This document shows positions 40,048-48,850 of a stretch of DNA of 64,000 nt, piece by piece. Position 1 is the stretch's first letter. The number at the start of each line of letters is the position of its first letter. This DNA is from Polyangiales bacterium (GTDB lineage: Bacteria; Myxococcota_A; Polyangia; Polyangiales; Polyangiaceae): positions 384,001 through 448,000 of the forward strand of contig JBBRLQ010000002.1 in assembly GCA_038231275.1 (NCBI GenBank), written 5' to 3'. Position numbers and translations under genes: made by a program. The notes under the pieces were generated by a model that saw only the letters and a list, made by a program, of their open reading frames with translations, made no database searches and was not told the origin of the DNA.

Positions 40048-40832
40048 GACAATCCATCTTCCCCCGGCGCGAGCAGTGAGGCAACCAGCCTCGCCGATTC
40101 ACGCTGGCCATCCAGACCCTTCGGGCGCACGAGCTCGTAGACGGCCACGCGCTCGACGAGACGTCCGAGCTCGGACAGCTCCCACACCTGGGCAGCCGGC
40201 TCGTCCACCACCAGCCGAATCACGTTGGGGACGAGACGCGCGAGCGCGGCTTGCCCTCGCAGTCGCCGGAGCTCAGGCCGTTGCAACGTGGGTTCGAACG
40301 CGAGCGCGCACACGGCGTTCAACCCCTGGCGGGCATCGGCCATTCGCGCCGGCGCCACCGGCTTCTTCACGTCCGCTGCGCAGGGTTCAAGCGAGCCCTT
40401 CACGAGCCAATGCACGCGCTCGGTCGGGGTGACCCGGACGGCCGCACCGTCGAAATCGAGTGCCGTGGTGTCGTCCGCGACGAGGGAGGCGCCTTGGTCG
40501 GCGCAGAGCGTCGCCGCGAGCGTGGATTTGCCGGCGCCGCTTGGACCGAGGAGCGAGACGGCGCGACCACCTCTTGCGACGGCCGCGCCGTGCAGCGTCA
40601 ACCTCCCGCTCGCGTGACGGAGCAACGCCGGCACGAGGCTGGCACGTACCTTTGCGAGGTCGATCGCATCCGCGCCCGGCGACGGCTCGAAGGCGAGCTC
40701 GCGGCCGTCCCTGCTCGCGTAGAGAGTGGCCAAGCCCACGAACTCCGCGACGAGATCGTCGCCGCGCCGCCCCACACGAAACGCGAGCGCGCCATCCTCG
40801 TGCTGCTCGCTGATCCAGTGAACGGCGCTCAC
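40044..40832 (-). CDS. HPr-kinase-like P-loop kinase (lasso tailoring kinase)
   Basis: LHGAAV, GPSGAGKST and LVADD motifs; lies between cyclase and RRE with 4-nt overlaps. Confidence 0.82.
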   Translation of the reverse strand: MSAVHWISEQHEDGALAFRVGRRGDDLVAEFVGLATLYASRDGRELAFEPSPGADAIDLAKVRASLVPALLRHASGRLTLHGAAVARGGRAVSLLGPSGAGKSTLAATLCADQGASLVADDTTALDFDGAAVRVTPTERVHWLVKGSLEPCAADVKKPVAPARMADARQGLNAVCALAFEPTLQRPELRRLRGQAALARLVPNVIRLVVDEPAAQVWELSELGRLVERVAVYELVRPKGLDGQRESARLVASLLAPGEDGLS

Positions 40833-42553
40833 GCGGCCTCCAGGGCTTGCCGCGCAAACGCCTCGAGCGAGAGAAGCGGCCACAAGGAATGCCAGCCCTC
40901 GTGGTCGATCTCGCCTCGAATGAACGCGTCGAAGGACTGGCGGAATGCAGCGCTGCGAACGACGCCGAGGCCTTCGAGCGCGCGCAACGACGCGAGCTCG
41001 GGGAAGGCTCCGCGGCCCCCGATCGGCGCGTGCATGTCTTCGATCGCGGTCTCGAAGTCGGCCTTGTCGGTGCGCAGCCGCACCCGCTCGGGCACAAGGC
41101 CCGCGAATGCCTCTCGGAAGAGCCCGCGCAGGTACCCCCCCCGAAGGAGACTCTCGGCAGGCAGGCGGGCGACGAAGGAGATCAGCGCCTCGTCGCGAAA
41201 AGGAGTGCGCGTGGCGCATCCGGCCTGGGCGTCGATCGAGCACTGAGCTTCCGACACCTCGAGCGCCCACTTCGAGTCGCTGATGCGGGTGAAGAACTCC
41301 GTAGGCGTCCGCGGACCGAAATCTCCCACGGGCTCTGGCATGGGGCGCCGTAGCACCTCTCGAATGAGCGGGCCCGCCCAGGGGACGCCACGGGAGCCGA
41401 CGCGGCGGCGACGTACGACCCGGCGAATCTGGCGCGGCACGGCGTGCACCGCGATCGGGCGCAGTACGAACTCGTACAGGCGCTGCAAGCGCGAGCTCGT
41501 CCAGGGGACTCGCAGACGGACCGCCGCGCGCGCGGCGCTAACGAAATGGCCGCGGAGTGCCTGGAGCGCGAAGCAGCGTGGATCGCCGTCGAAGAGCTCG
41601 TCTCCGCCTGTGCCGGAGAGGAGCACGTCCGCCCCTTTCTCCCTGGCGAGGTCGAGGAAGCCGAGCTCCCACCCGCCCATCGGCGACGCGTAGGGTTGCC
41701 CGTCGACGACGAGCGACGGCCCCACGAATCGCGCGAAGGTCCCCGGCGAAACGCGCACCGGCAGGAGACCCAGCGCCTTCGCGAGCTCGTTCATGTAGGG
41801 CCGATCGTCGCCACGGCCCGCGAAGTGGAGGCTCAAGGCCAGTACCTCCTTTGCGGTCCCACCCCGCACGAGCGCGACGACCGCCGCCAGCAGCGCGCTC
41901 GAATCGACGCCGCCGCCGGCGAGGACTGCGACCCTTCCGAGGCCATCGATCGACCTGCGGACCGTCGCGAAGATCTCGTCGCGCAGCGCGTGGGCGAGCT
42001 CGTCGGGCTTGCCCGTGAGCGGTGACAGGCTTGGCGGAGGGAGCGTCGTCGACGTGACGGCGCCGCCGGCACCGACGCGGAGCAGCTGGCCGGACACCAA
42101 GCGCTGCACCCCTGTGAACGATGTCGCGCTCGGCCGTGCATGCATGTCGCCCGCGGCAAGCTCCGCCAAACGCATCGCGTCGAGCGCGGGTCGAGCGTCG
42201 AGAGCTCGCACGAGCACCGGTAGACGCGTGCTCGCAAGGACCACCGAGCCCTCTCGCGCCCAGTACATGGCTCGGCCGCCGACGCGACCGCGCGCAACGA
42301 GGAGTCCGCCCTCGTCGAGCTGCACTGCGGCGAAGCAACCGCGCGCGTGCCCTTCGCGCAAGTTGCCGTGAAACGGCCCCGCCGACGCGCACAGGAGCCT
42401 ATCGTCGATGGCGGCACGCTCCTCAGAAGGCCACACGGCGAGGCACGCCCCACCATCACGCAGCACGACAGGCTGCCCCGGCAGGGCGGCGCGCACTCGG
42501 TCGAGACGGGCAACCGCTTCCTCGCACCGAAGCGCGAGTGCGGCGAAGATCAT
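40829..42553 (-). CDS. Lasso cyclase (asparagine synthetase-like, protein C)
   Basis: GGGVDSS, LSGTGGDELF, RTPF.D and LRTDKADF motifs; no N-terminal Cys1 glutaminase; ATGA overlap with precursor. Confidence 0.88.
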   Translation of the reverse strand: MIFAALALRCEEAVARLDRVRAALPGQPVVLRDGGACLAVWPSEERAAIDDRLLCASAGPFHGNLREGHARGCFAAVQLDEGGLLVARGRVGGRAMYWAREGSVVLASTRLPVLVRALDARPALDAMRLAELAAGDMHARPSATSFTGVQRLVSGQLLRVGAGGAVTSTTLPPPSLSPLTGKPDELAHALRDEIFATVRRSIDGLGRVAVLAGGGVDSSALLAAVVALVRGGTAKEVLALSLHFAGRGDDRPYMNELAKALGLLPVRVSPGTFARFVGPSLVVDGQPYASPMGGWELGFLDLAREKGADVLLSGTGGDELFDGDPRCFALQALRGHFVSAARAAVRLRVPWTSSRLQRLYEFVLRPIAVHAVPRQIRRVVRRRRVGSRGVPWAGPLIREVLRRPMPEPVGDFGPRTPTEFFTRISDSKWALEVSEAQCSIDAQAGCATRTPFRDEALISFVARLPAESLLRGGYLRGLFREAFAGLVPERVRLRTDKADFETAIEDMHAPIGGRGAFPELASLRALEGLGVVRSAAFRQSFDAFIRGEIDHEGWHSLWPLLSLEAFARQALEAA

Positions 42554-42723
42554 CTCTTCTTGTTCTTGGCCGGGAAATCGGAGCGCGCGCCCCCGGTCCC
42601 GCCCAACGTGAGAGACCTCACCGAGCCCAGGTACCGGAGCACGGGCGCACGGTAGGGCCGGCGAACACCGCCCTCGGCCGGCTTCAGCGCCGCACTGCTC
42701 TCTTGCTCGTTCTTGTCGGTCAT
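42550..42723 (-). CDS. Lasso peptide precursor (57 aa; predicted core GGTGGARSDFPAKNKKR)
   Basis: Leader YRAPVL (YxxPxL) and LGSVRSLT; Thr at -2; core Gly1 with Asp9. Confidence 0.88.
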   Translation of the reverse strand: MTDKNEQESSAALKPAEGGVRRPYRAPVLRYLGSVRSLTLGGTGGARSDFPAKNKKR

Positions 42724-42796
42724 CCCCGGGAGCTCCGTTGTACCTATGTGTACTCCAACTGAGTGGCGCCGGGTACGACGAAAATTCACGGCGTCG

Positions 42797-43426
42797 CTAT
42801 TGTGCCGAAGGGAGCACAAGTGCGGGAATTTTCGCGACCTTTCCCTCGTGTGCACGGATGCCGTTCAAGACCAGATCCAGACCGGCGGCCCCTCGACGGG
42901 CGATGCGCGCGTCGCGGTTCAGGGGATGGTTGTGGAAGATGTAGGTCGTGAGCTGAAGGTCCTGAAGTAGCGAAGCCACCTCGTCGCAATCGAGCTCCGG
43001 ACGGAAAATCCCTTGGACGACCCCGAGCCGGAGAACCTCGACCACGTGGCGCGTCCCGTGCGCGCGCAGCTGTTGAAAGCGCTCCTGGCGCGACGGCAAC
43101 AGCTCGCTCGTCTTGCCGAAGAGCAGGTCCTGGACAAGCGGATGGCTCTCTAGATAGGCCATTCCCGCGAGGGACATTCGGACGAGCAACTCGTCGGCGG
43201 GGACCTTCGGGTCGATGAGCTTCGCCACCTCGCTCACCCACGAGGCGACCTCCCGCTCGACGACCTGAAAGAACAGATCCTCCTTGGACTCGCAGGCGAG
43301 GTAGACCGTCCCCTTCGCGACCCCGGCGCCCTTCGCGATGTCGTCCACGGAGGTCTTCTTGAAGCCCCATCGGGCGAACGCCTTGGCTGCCTCAACCAGA
43401 ATGCAGTCTTTTTTCGCGGTGTCCAT
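42797..43426 (-). CDS. TetR/AcrR family transcriptional regulator (alternative start 43456)
   Basis: GFKKTSVDDIAKGAGVAKGTVY...SKEDLF HTH. Confidence 0.9.
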   Translation of the reverse strand: MDTAKKDCILVEAAKAFARWGFKKTSVDDIAKGAGVAKGTVYLACESKEDLFFQVVEREVASWVSEVAKLIDPKVPADELLVRMSLAGMAYLESHPLVQDLLFGKTSELLPSRQERFQQLRAHGTRHVVEVLRLGVVQGIFRPELDCDEVASLLQDLQLTTYIFHNHPLNRDARIARRGAAGLDLVLNGIRAHEGKVAKIPALVLPSAQ

Positions 43427-43431
43427 GAGCG

Positions 43432-43456
43432 TTGACCGTTTGAACAAAGTAGTCAT
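43432..43456. promoter_or_regulatory. Candidate TetR operator (TGAC-N15-GTCA imperfect palindrome)
   Basis: TTGACCGTTTGAACAAAGTAGTCAT, AT-rich, at the TetR start. Confidence 0.4.
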
Positions 43457-43544
43457 TCTGCGGCCGCCGTCAACCCCGGCGTGGCCTTGCGTGGCGGACT
43501 CCGGGCAGGCACAACCATCCAGGCCCGGGAGAGAAGCAGCGAAA

Positions 43545-43988
43545 ATGAGCTTGCCTGGAACGACGCTCTGCACAAGCTGTGGCCTTTGCTGCTCCGGTGC
43601 GCTCTTTCCGCGAACCGTCCTGCGCCCGGAGGAAGTGACGTGGGCGCGCGAGAAGCGTCTGCTCTCCGTGATCGACGATCCCGTGGAACCGAGCTTTGCG
43701 CAGCCCTGCGGGCTGCTTCGAGACCGAAGGTGCACCGCGTACGAGGAACGCCCCCAGGTCTGTCGAACGTTTCGATGCAAGCTCTTGAAGCAATTCGAGG
43801 ACGGCGAGATCGGACTCGACATCGCGCTCGCGAAGGTGCGGCGTGTAGAAGTGCTCTTTGCGCGGCTGCCCCACGATGCGACGCCGACAACCGTTGATGC
43901 CTTGCTCGACCTGGGTGAGCTCGAGGCGCTCGCCGCACGGGATTTCCGGGAGTCGACGGAGACAAATTCGTCGAAGGCGCAGAGTTGA
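43545..43988 (+). CDS. YkgJ-family (CxxCxxCC) cysteine cluster protein, copy 1
   Basis: CTSCGLCC...PC..L...C..YEERP..C..F.C. Confidence 0.85.
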   Translation: MSLPGTTLCTSCGLCCSGALFPRTVLRPEEVTWAREKRLLSVIDDPVEPSFAQPCGLLRDRRCTAYEERPQVCRTFRCKLLKQFEDGEIGLDIALAKVRRVEVLFARLPHDATPTTVDALLDLGELEALAARDFRESTETNSSKAQS

Positions 43989-43990
43989 CG

Positions 43991-44419
43991 ATGGAGCCTG
44001 GAACGACGCTTTGCACGAGCTGCGGCCTCTGCTGCGCCGGCGCGATCTTCGCCACAGCGACCCTCGAGCCCGAGGAGGTCGAGTGGGCGCGAACCAAACG
44101 CTCCCTCAAGGTCATTCAGCGACCCGAAGGCCCCCGGTTCGAGCTGCCCTGCCATCTCCTCCACGAACGAAAGTGCTCGATCTACGCGGAGCGACGCCCC
44201 GACGTCTGCGGAGCCTTCAAGTGCAAGCTGCTCTCACGCCTCGAAGCGGGCGAGATCCCGCTCGACGCTGCCCTCGTAAAGGTGCGCCGCCTCGACGAGC
44301 TCTTCACGCGCGCGCGCGCGCACGCGACACCTACGACCGTCGAGGCGCTGCTCGATCTGGGTGAATTCGAGGCGCTCGTGACGCGCGATTTCCGCGAGCC
44401 GCTGCCGCCGCCAGCCTGA
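43991..44419 (+). CDS. YkgJ-family (CxxCxxCC) cysteine cluster protein, copy 2
   Basis: Same motifs; clear paralog of copy 1. Confidence 0.85.
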   Translation: MEPGTTLCTSCGLCCAGAIFATATLEPEEVEWARTKRSLKVIQRPEGPRFELPCHLLHERKCSIYAERRPDVCGAFKCKLLSRLEAGEIPLDAALVKVRRLDELFTRARAHATPTTVEALLDLGEFEALVTRDFREPLPPPA

Positions 44420-44423
44420 CCGT

Positions 44424-45209
44424 CTACTTCAGCGCCGCCTTCAGCTGCTGCTCCGCGAGCGCATCGAGCGTCGCGGCACGCTTCACAGTGTCGGCCGGCG
44501 GAGGCGCTGGCGGCGCGGCAGCTACGGTTGGGGCCGGCCGCTTAGCGCCCAGCGGCGCGGCGGTGGCGGTCTGCGCGACGACAACTCCGGTCGGTGCGGG
44601 CGCGACGGGAGCGGCCGCCTGGAATGCGGGGGACGCCTGCGCGGCGGGCGCCACGGGGCTCGCGCCGCCCGCGGGGGTCGGCTTGGAGGCCGCGACCGTG
44701 ACCGTGTCCGCAGCGCCGAAGTTGAGAACGACGGGCGCAGGCTTCGCGGGAACCGGGAGCGGCGCGGCGATGGCGAGCGAAGGAGGCGGAAGCGCGCCCG
44801 CAGCGGCCGGGGGCTCCGAGTGCGAACGACCGTCGAGAGCGTCGAGCATGCGCGTGCTCGCAGCCGATCCGATCGCGCCCAGCGCGAGGAGCGCCGCCGC
44901 CCAAGGGAGGCTCGGACGATTGCCCGCACGTGCGAAGAAGGCCGACATCCGCGACGCGCCACCGCGATCGATGCGCGTGATGAGGAACGTCTCGTCGTGC
45001 ATGGCGTGAGGCGGCGTGGACATCGCGACCGGCGCGACGGAGCCCACTTGCGGCGGACGGATCGTCTTCGCCTTCGGGGGTACGACGCCGGTGTCGACGA
45101 GATCTTCCGGATCGCTCCCTGCGCCGCTCCCGAGCTCGACGAGATCGCCGTCCTCGAGATCGATCGATTTGGTCCGCAGGCGCTTCGGGAAGCGAATCAT
45201 CGTCTCCAC
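44424..45209 (-). CDS. Hypothetical single-TM Pro/Ala-rich protein
   Basis: Acidic N-terminus, hydrophobic helix, low-complexity C-terminus. Confidence 0.55.
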   Translation of the reverse strand: METMIRFPKRLRTKSIDLEDGDLVELGSGAGSDPEDLVDTGVVPPKAKTIRPPQVGSVAPVAMSTPPHAMHDETFLITRIDRGGASRMSAFFARAGNRPSLPWAAALLALGAIGSAASTRMLDALDGRSHSEPPAAAGALPPPSLAIAAPLPVPAKPAPVVLNFGAADTVTVAASKPTPAGGASPVAPAAQASPAFQAAAPVAPAPTGVVVAQTATAAPLGAKRPAPTVAAAPPAPPPADTVKRAATLDALAEQQLKAALK

Positions 45210-45381
45210 TTAGGTGTGGACCAATGAGGGGACTTTGTCGAGGCGCCCCCACAATCTTTCCCGCCCGACTGCAAACGTACGCAAAAACCAGGTGTGATGT
45301 CGTCGTAGCTGCGACCGAAATTCATGAAAACGCTGCAAGTTAGGAGCGTGATTCGTCGCCGTCTCGTAAACTCGCTCCCGC

Positions 45382-45999
45382 ATGAACGGCGCAGTTGTCG
45401 GGAACGGCGGCGGGCAGTGGTTGGTGCGCGGATCGAAGATCGCGGTCTTCGAACTTCCGCCGGCGACCCCTCACGAGACGCCTCATTTCACACCTCATGA
45501 ACGGCCTCATGACGGCGCCGAGATCGATCTCGATCTCTCTGACGCCGAGCGGACGTCGAAGCGTCAGATCGCAGCGGCCGACCCCGTCCCCGATCCGGCG
45601 GGCAACACGAGCGAGATCGACGTCGACGACATCCTCACCGCGGTGCCGATCGATCCGACGGTCCCTTTCGAGATGCGCGTCCCCGACAAGGTGCACGCCC
45701 GCGCGGCGCGCCTGACCGCGCAGCTGCCACAGCCAAGCGCGCGCGCCATCGTCGACGCGCCGAGCCGCTCCGCGCCGCCGAAGAGCAGCACTCTCTTCGC
45801 GGCGGTCTTCGCCGTGGTCTCTGTGCTCGGCGTCGGCGGCGGCGTCGTCGCCTACAAGACCGCGCCCATCCCTTCGGCCACCGCGCACGCCTTCAAGGCG
45901 GCTGCGGCGGCGAAGGTGATGGCGCAGCGTCCCTCGGTGATCGTCGGCGCCGCGGTCCCGACGGTCAGCGTCGATAGCCTCCCGCGCGCGCGCCGTTAG
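45382..45999 (+). CDS. Hypothetical single-TM protein
   Basis: Acidic N-terminus, TM helix, C-terminal VPTVSVDSLP. Confidence 0.55.
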   Translation: MNGAVVGNGGGQWLVRGSKIAVFELPPATPHETPHFTPHERPHDGAEIDLDLSDAERTSKRQIAAADPVPDPAGNTSEIDVDDILTAVPIDPTVPFEMRVPDKVHARAARLTAQLPQPSARAIVDAPSRSAPPKSSTLFAAVFAVVSVLGVGGGVVAYKTAPIPSATAHAFKAAAAAKVMAQRPSVIVGAAVPTVSVDSLPRARR

Positions 46000-46040
46000 C
46001 GCCCTTCGCTTCGCGAGGGAATCCAGCTATAAACGCGCGC

Positions 46041-46916
46041 ATGATCCGACCTCACGCCGCGTTCGCGCTCGCTGCCATCGTCCTCATCGGCGTGGGCTGC
46101 AACAAGTTCAAGAAGGACTCCGGCGACGGGGGCGAAGGCTCCGGCGGCGGCGGCGGGCTCTCGCTCTTCGGCAAGCCGTTCGAGGGCAAGATCGATCTCC
46201 AGTTCTCGGACAAGAAAGCCGGCAAGCCGCCCGTGCCCTTCACCTACGAGGTGAAGCAGCCGAAGATGCGCTTCGACCTCCCGTCGTCGATCGGCGCCGA
46301 CATCCCGCAGATCGGCAAGAGTGTGTGGGCCCTGTTCGATCCGCCCGCGAAGAAGCTCTACGGCGTGATGGACGACCCCAAGAAGGCCGTCGTCTTCGAC
46401 TTCGACAAGATCGGCGACGACGTCAAGAAGGCGAAGGGCGGGCATCACTCCTCGTCGTCCTCCGGCGGCACCTCCGACCCTCCGCCGAAGTTCGAGAAGA
46501 CCGGCAAGATCGAGACGGTCGCCGGCTACGAGTGCGAGATCTGGAAGATCATCGAGGACAAGCCGAGCCAGAAGAAGAAGGAGGAGATCGACCTCTGCAT
46601 GGCGAAGAAAATCGGCTTCCTCGATCTGCGCACGATGGGCATCGGCACGATGGATCCCAAGATCGCCGTCCTGATGACGCTCACGGACATGAACCACTTC
46701 CCGCTCCGCGTCGTCATGAACGAGAATGGCGCCGAGACCGGGCGAATGGAAGCGACGAAGATCGAGGAGAAGAAGCTGGAGGACGCGCGCTTCGCGGTGC
46801 CGGCCGACTACCAGATCCTGACGCTCGATCAGATGATCCAGACCTTCATGACACCGGGCATGGGCTCGGGCAGGCCGCCGGGGATGCCGAACATCCCTCA
46901 GCCCCACCACAAGTGA
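46041..46916 (+). CDS. DUF4412-like lipoprotein
   Basis: Lipobox GVGC; KTGKIETVAGYEC, FPLR and FAVPADY motifs. Confidence 0.75.
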   Translation: MIRPHAAFALAAIVLIGVGCNKFKKDSGDGGEGSGGGGGLSLFGKPFEGKIDLQFSDKKAGKPPVPFTYEVKQPKMRFDLPSSIGADIPQIGKSVWALFDPPAKKLYGVMDDPKKAVVFDFDKIGDDVKKAKGGHHSSSSSGGTSDPPPKFEKTGKIETVAGYECEIWKIIEDKPSQKKKEEIDLCMAKKIGFLDLRTMGIGTMDPKIAVLMTLTDMNHFPLRVVMNENGAETGRMEATKIEEKKLEDARFAVPADYQILTLDQMIQTFMTPGMGSGRPPGMPNIPQPHHK

Positions 46917-46922
46917 TCGCCG

Positions 46923-47675
46923 TCAGACGCGCGTGCGGTGCGTCGCGTAGCCGACGAAGAATGGGCCCATCTTCTGGATGAACTCGCTCGTCTGCTTCGT
47001 CTTGCGCATCGACTGGACGAGGTGGCTGAGCGGGTGCAGCTCCTTGCCGACGAGGCCGATGACGAACTCGTTGTCCTCGGAGTCGATGCCGTGGCACGCG
47101 AGGCGAATGTCCGTGCCGAGGCCCTGCTGCCCGTACGCGTGGCCGATGGTGCCGTGCTCGCGGAGGATGCCGCTCTGAACCTGCGGCTCGAGCGCCGCGA
47201 ACGCGCCGGTGCGCCGTAGGGGGTACCAGACGTGCCACGGGGTCGCCTCGTCCATGACGTTGTCGATCGAGCGCTGGAGGAGCCAGTGCGCGAGATCCGG
47301 TTCGTGGCCGAGCGCGTACGTGCGGCCGATCATCGTGAACGACGGACGATGAACGACGCTGGCGAGCGGACCCTCCGCGAACGCGGGGCGGACGGCGCGC
47401 ACGAAGTGGGCGGGATCCTCGCTCCACGTCAGCAGACCAACGCCGGTCGGCGCGTTCGCGTCGGCGTACACCACCGACGGGACCTTCCGCGCGCCCATCG
47501 CTTCTTGGGTGGCTTTCGCGACCTTCTCCGCCGACGTGCCCGCCGCAGCGTCGAAGACGAGGAGCTGCATGAAGAGGCGCCGGTTCATGTGCTGGCGCTC
47601 GCCGTCCTTCTTTCCCCCGTACTCGTTGACGTCGATGTGGGGGAGGCCGGGCGGCTTGGCTTCGGGCTGCGTCAT
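46923..47675 (-). CDS. hemQ: Chlorite dismutase family protein, probably coproheme decarboxylase
   Basis: WYPLRR, EHGTIGHAY (proximal His), D.EFVIGL and MRKT motifs. Confidence 0.7.
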   Translation of the reverse strand: MTQPEAKPPGLPHIDVNEYGGKKDGERQHMNRRLFMQLLVFDAAAGTSAEKVAKATQEAMGARKVPSVVYADANAPTGVGLLTWSEDPAHFVRAVRPAFAEGPLASVVHRPSFTMIGRTYALGHEPDLAHWLLQRSIDNVMDEATPWHVWYPLRRTGAFAALEPQVQSGILREHGTIGHAYGQQGLGTDIRLACHGIDSEDNEFVIGLVGKELHPLSHLVQSMRKTKQTSEFIQKMGPFFVGYATHRTRV

Positions 47676-47727
47676 GGCACGAATGCTACCAGACCGTGCC
47701 GCGCCCGGCGCGCTACGATGGATACGG

Positions 47728-48840
47728 ATGCGCAACTACATCGCGCTCGCGATCCCGCTCTTCTTCGTGATGATCGGCGTGGAGCTCCTCGTGGCCCGCG
47801 CGAAGCGGGCGCGCGTGTACCGCACGAACGACGCGCTCACCGATCTGTCGTGCGGCATCCAGCAGCAGACCCTCCTCATCTTCGAGCGCAGTGCGCAGCT
47901 CGCGATCTTCGCGTGGGCGTACCAGCACCGCGTGACGACGCTCCCGGTCTGGGCGGATTGGCTCCTTGCGTGGGTCGGCGTCGATTTTCTCTACTACTGG
48001 TGGCACCGGATGAGCCACGAGGTGAACTTCATGTGGGCGGCCCACGTCGTCCACCACCAGAGCGAGGACTACAACCTCGCGGTCGCGCTTCGGCAGTCCA
48101 TCCTCACGAGCTGGACGACCCTCCCCTTCTACTTGCCGCTGTCGCTCGCCGGCGTATCGCTCACAGCGTTCGCCACCGCGGCGTCGTTCAGCACGCTCTA
48201 CCAGTTTTGGATCCACACCGAGCTCGTCGGCAAGGTGAAGGGGCCCGTCGACTGGATCTTGAATTTGCCGAGCCACCATCGCGTGCATCATGCAATCAAT
48301 CCGCAGTACCTCGACAAGAACTACGGCGCGATACTCATCGTGTGGGATCGGATTTTTGGCACGTACGCCGAGGAGATCGAGTCCTGCGTCTATGGCACGA
48401 CCAAGCCGCTCGCCAGCTTCAACCCTGTGTGGGCGCAGCTGCACTACTGGCCGGAGCTGGCGAGCATGGCGGCGCGTGCGCGAGGGATCGACAAGCTGAA
48501 GGTTTGGTTCGCGTCGCCGGCGTGGAAGCCGCGCGGGCAGGAGGTCGCGCCCGGTCCGCCCCCGCGTCGGGAGACGTTCCACAAGTACGATCCCCCGGTG
48601 TCGCGCGCGCGGGCGATCTACGTGCTCTCGCAGTACGCGATCCTGGTGGCGCTGACGTTCACGCTCATGATGTGGGAGGCGAGCCTGCCGCGCGTCGTGC
48701 TCGTCCTCGCGGCGCTGTGCATCTTCGGCGCGGTGCTCTCGGTGGGGGCGATCATCGAGAAGAAGCGGTGGGCGATCCCGCTCGAAGTGACGCGCCTCGC
48801 GGTCGGCGCCGCGGCGCTCGTGATGTGGCTGCGCCGATAG
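47728..48840 (+). CDS. Sterol desaturase family / alkylglycerol monooxygenase-like membrane di-iron enzyme
   Basis: YWWHRMSH, HVVHHQSEDYNL, FWIHT, PSHHRVHH and DKNYG motifs. Confidence 0.85.
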   Translation: MRNYIALAIPLFFVMIGVELLVARAKRARVYRTNDALTDLSCGIQQQTLLIFERSAQLAIFAWAYQHRVTTLPVWADWLLAWVGVDFLYYWWHRMSHEVNFMWAAHVVHHQSEDYNLAVALRQSILTSWTTLPFYLPLSLAGVSLTAFATAASFSTLYQFWIHTELVGKVKGPVDWILNLPSHHRVHHAINPQYLDKNYGAILIVWDRIFGTYAEEIESCVYGTTKPLASFNPVWAQLHYWPELASMAARARGIDKLKVWFASPAWKPRGQEVAPGPPPRRETFHKYDPPVSRARAIYVLSQYAILVALTFTLMMWEASLPRVVLVLAALCIFGAVLSVGAIIEKKRWAIPLEVTRLAVGAAALVMWLRR

Positions 48841-48850
48841 AGATCGGCGT

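Noticed and set aside
40829-42553. Ordinary asparagine synthetase AsnB
   Set aside because: No N-terminal Cys1 glutaminase motif, and it is embedded among precursor, RRE and B2 genes
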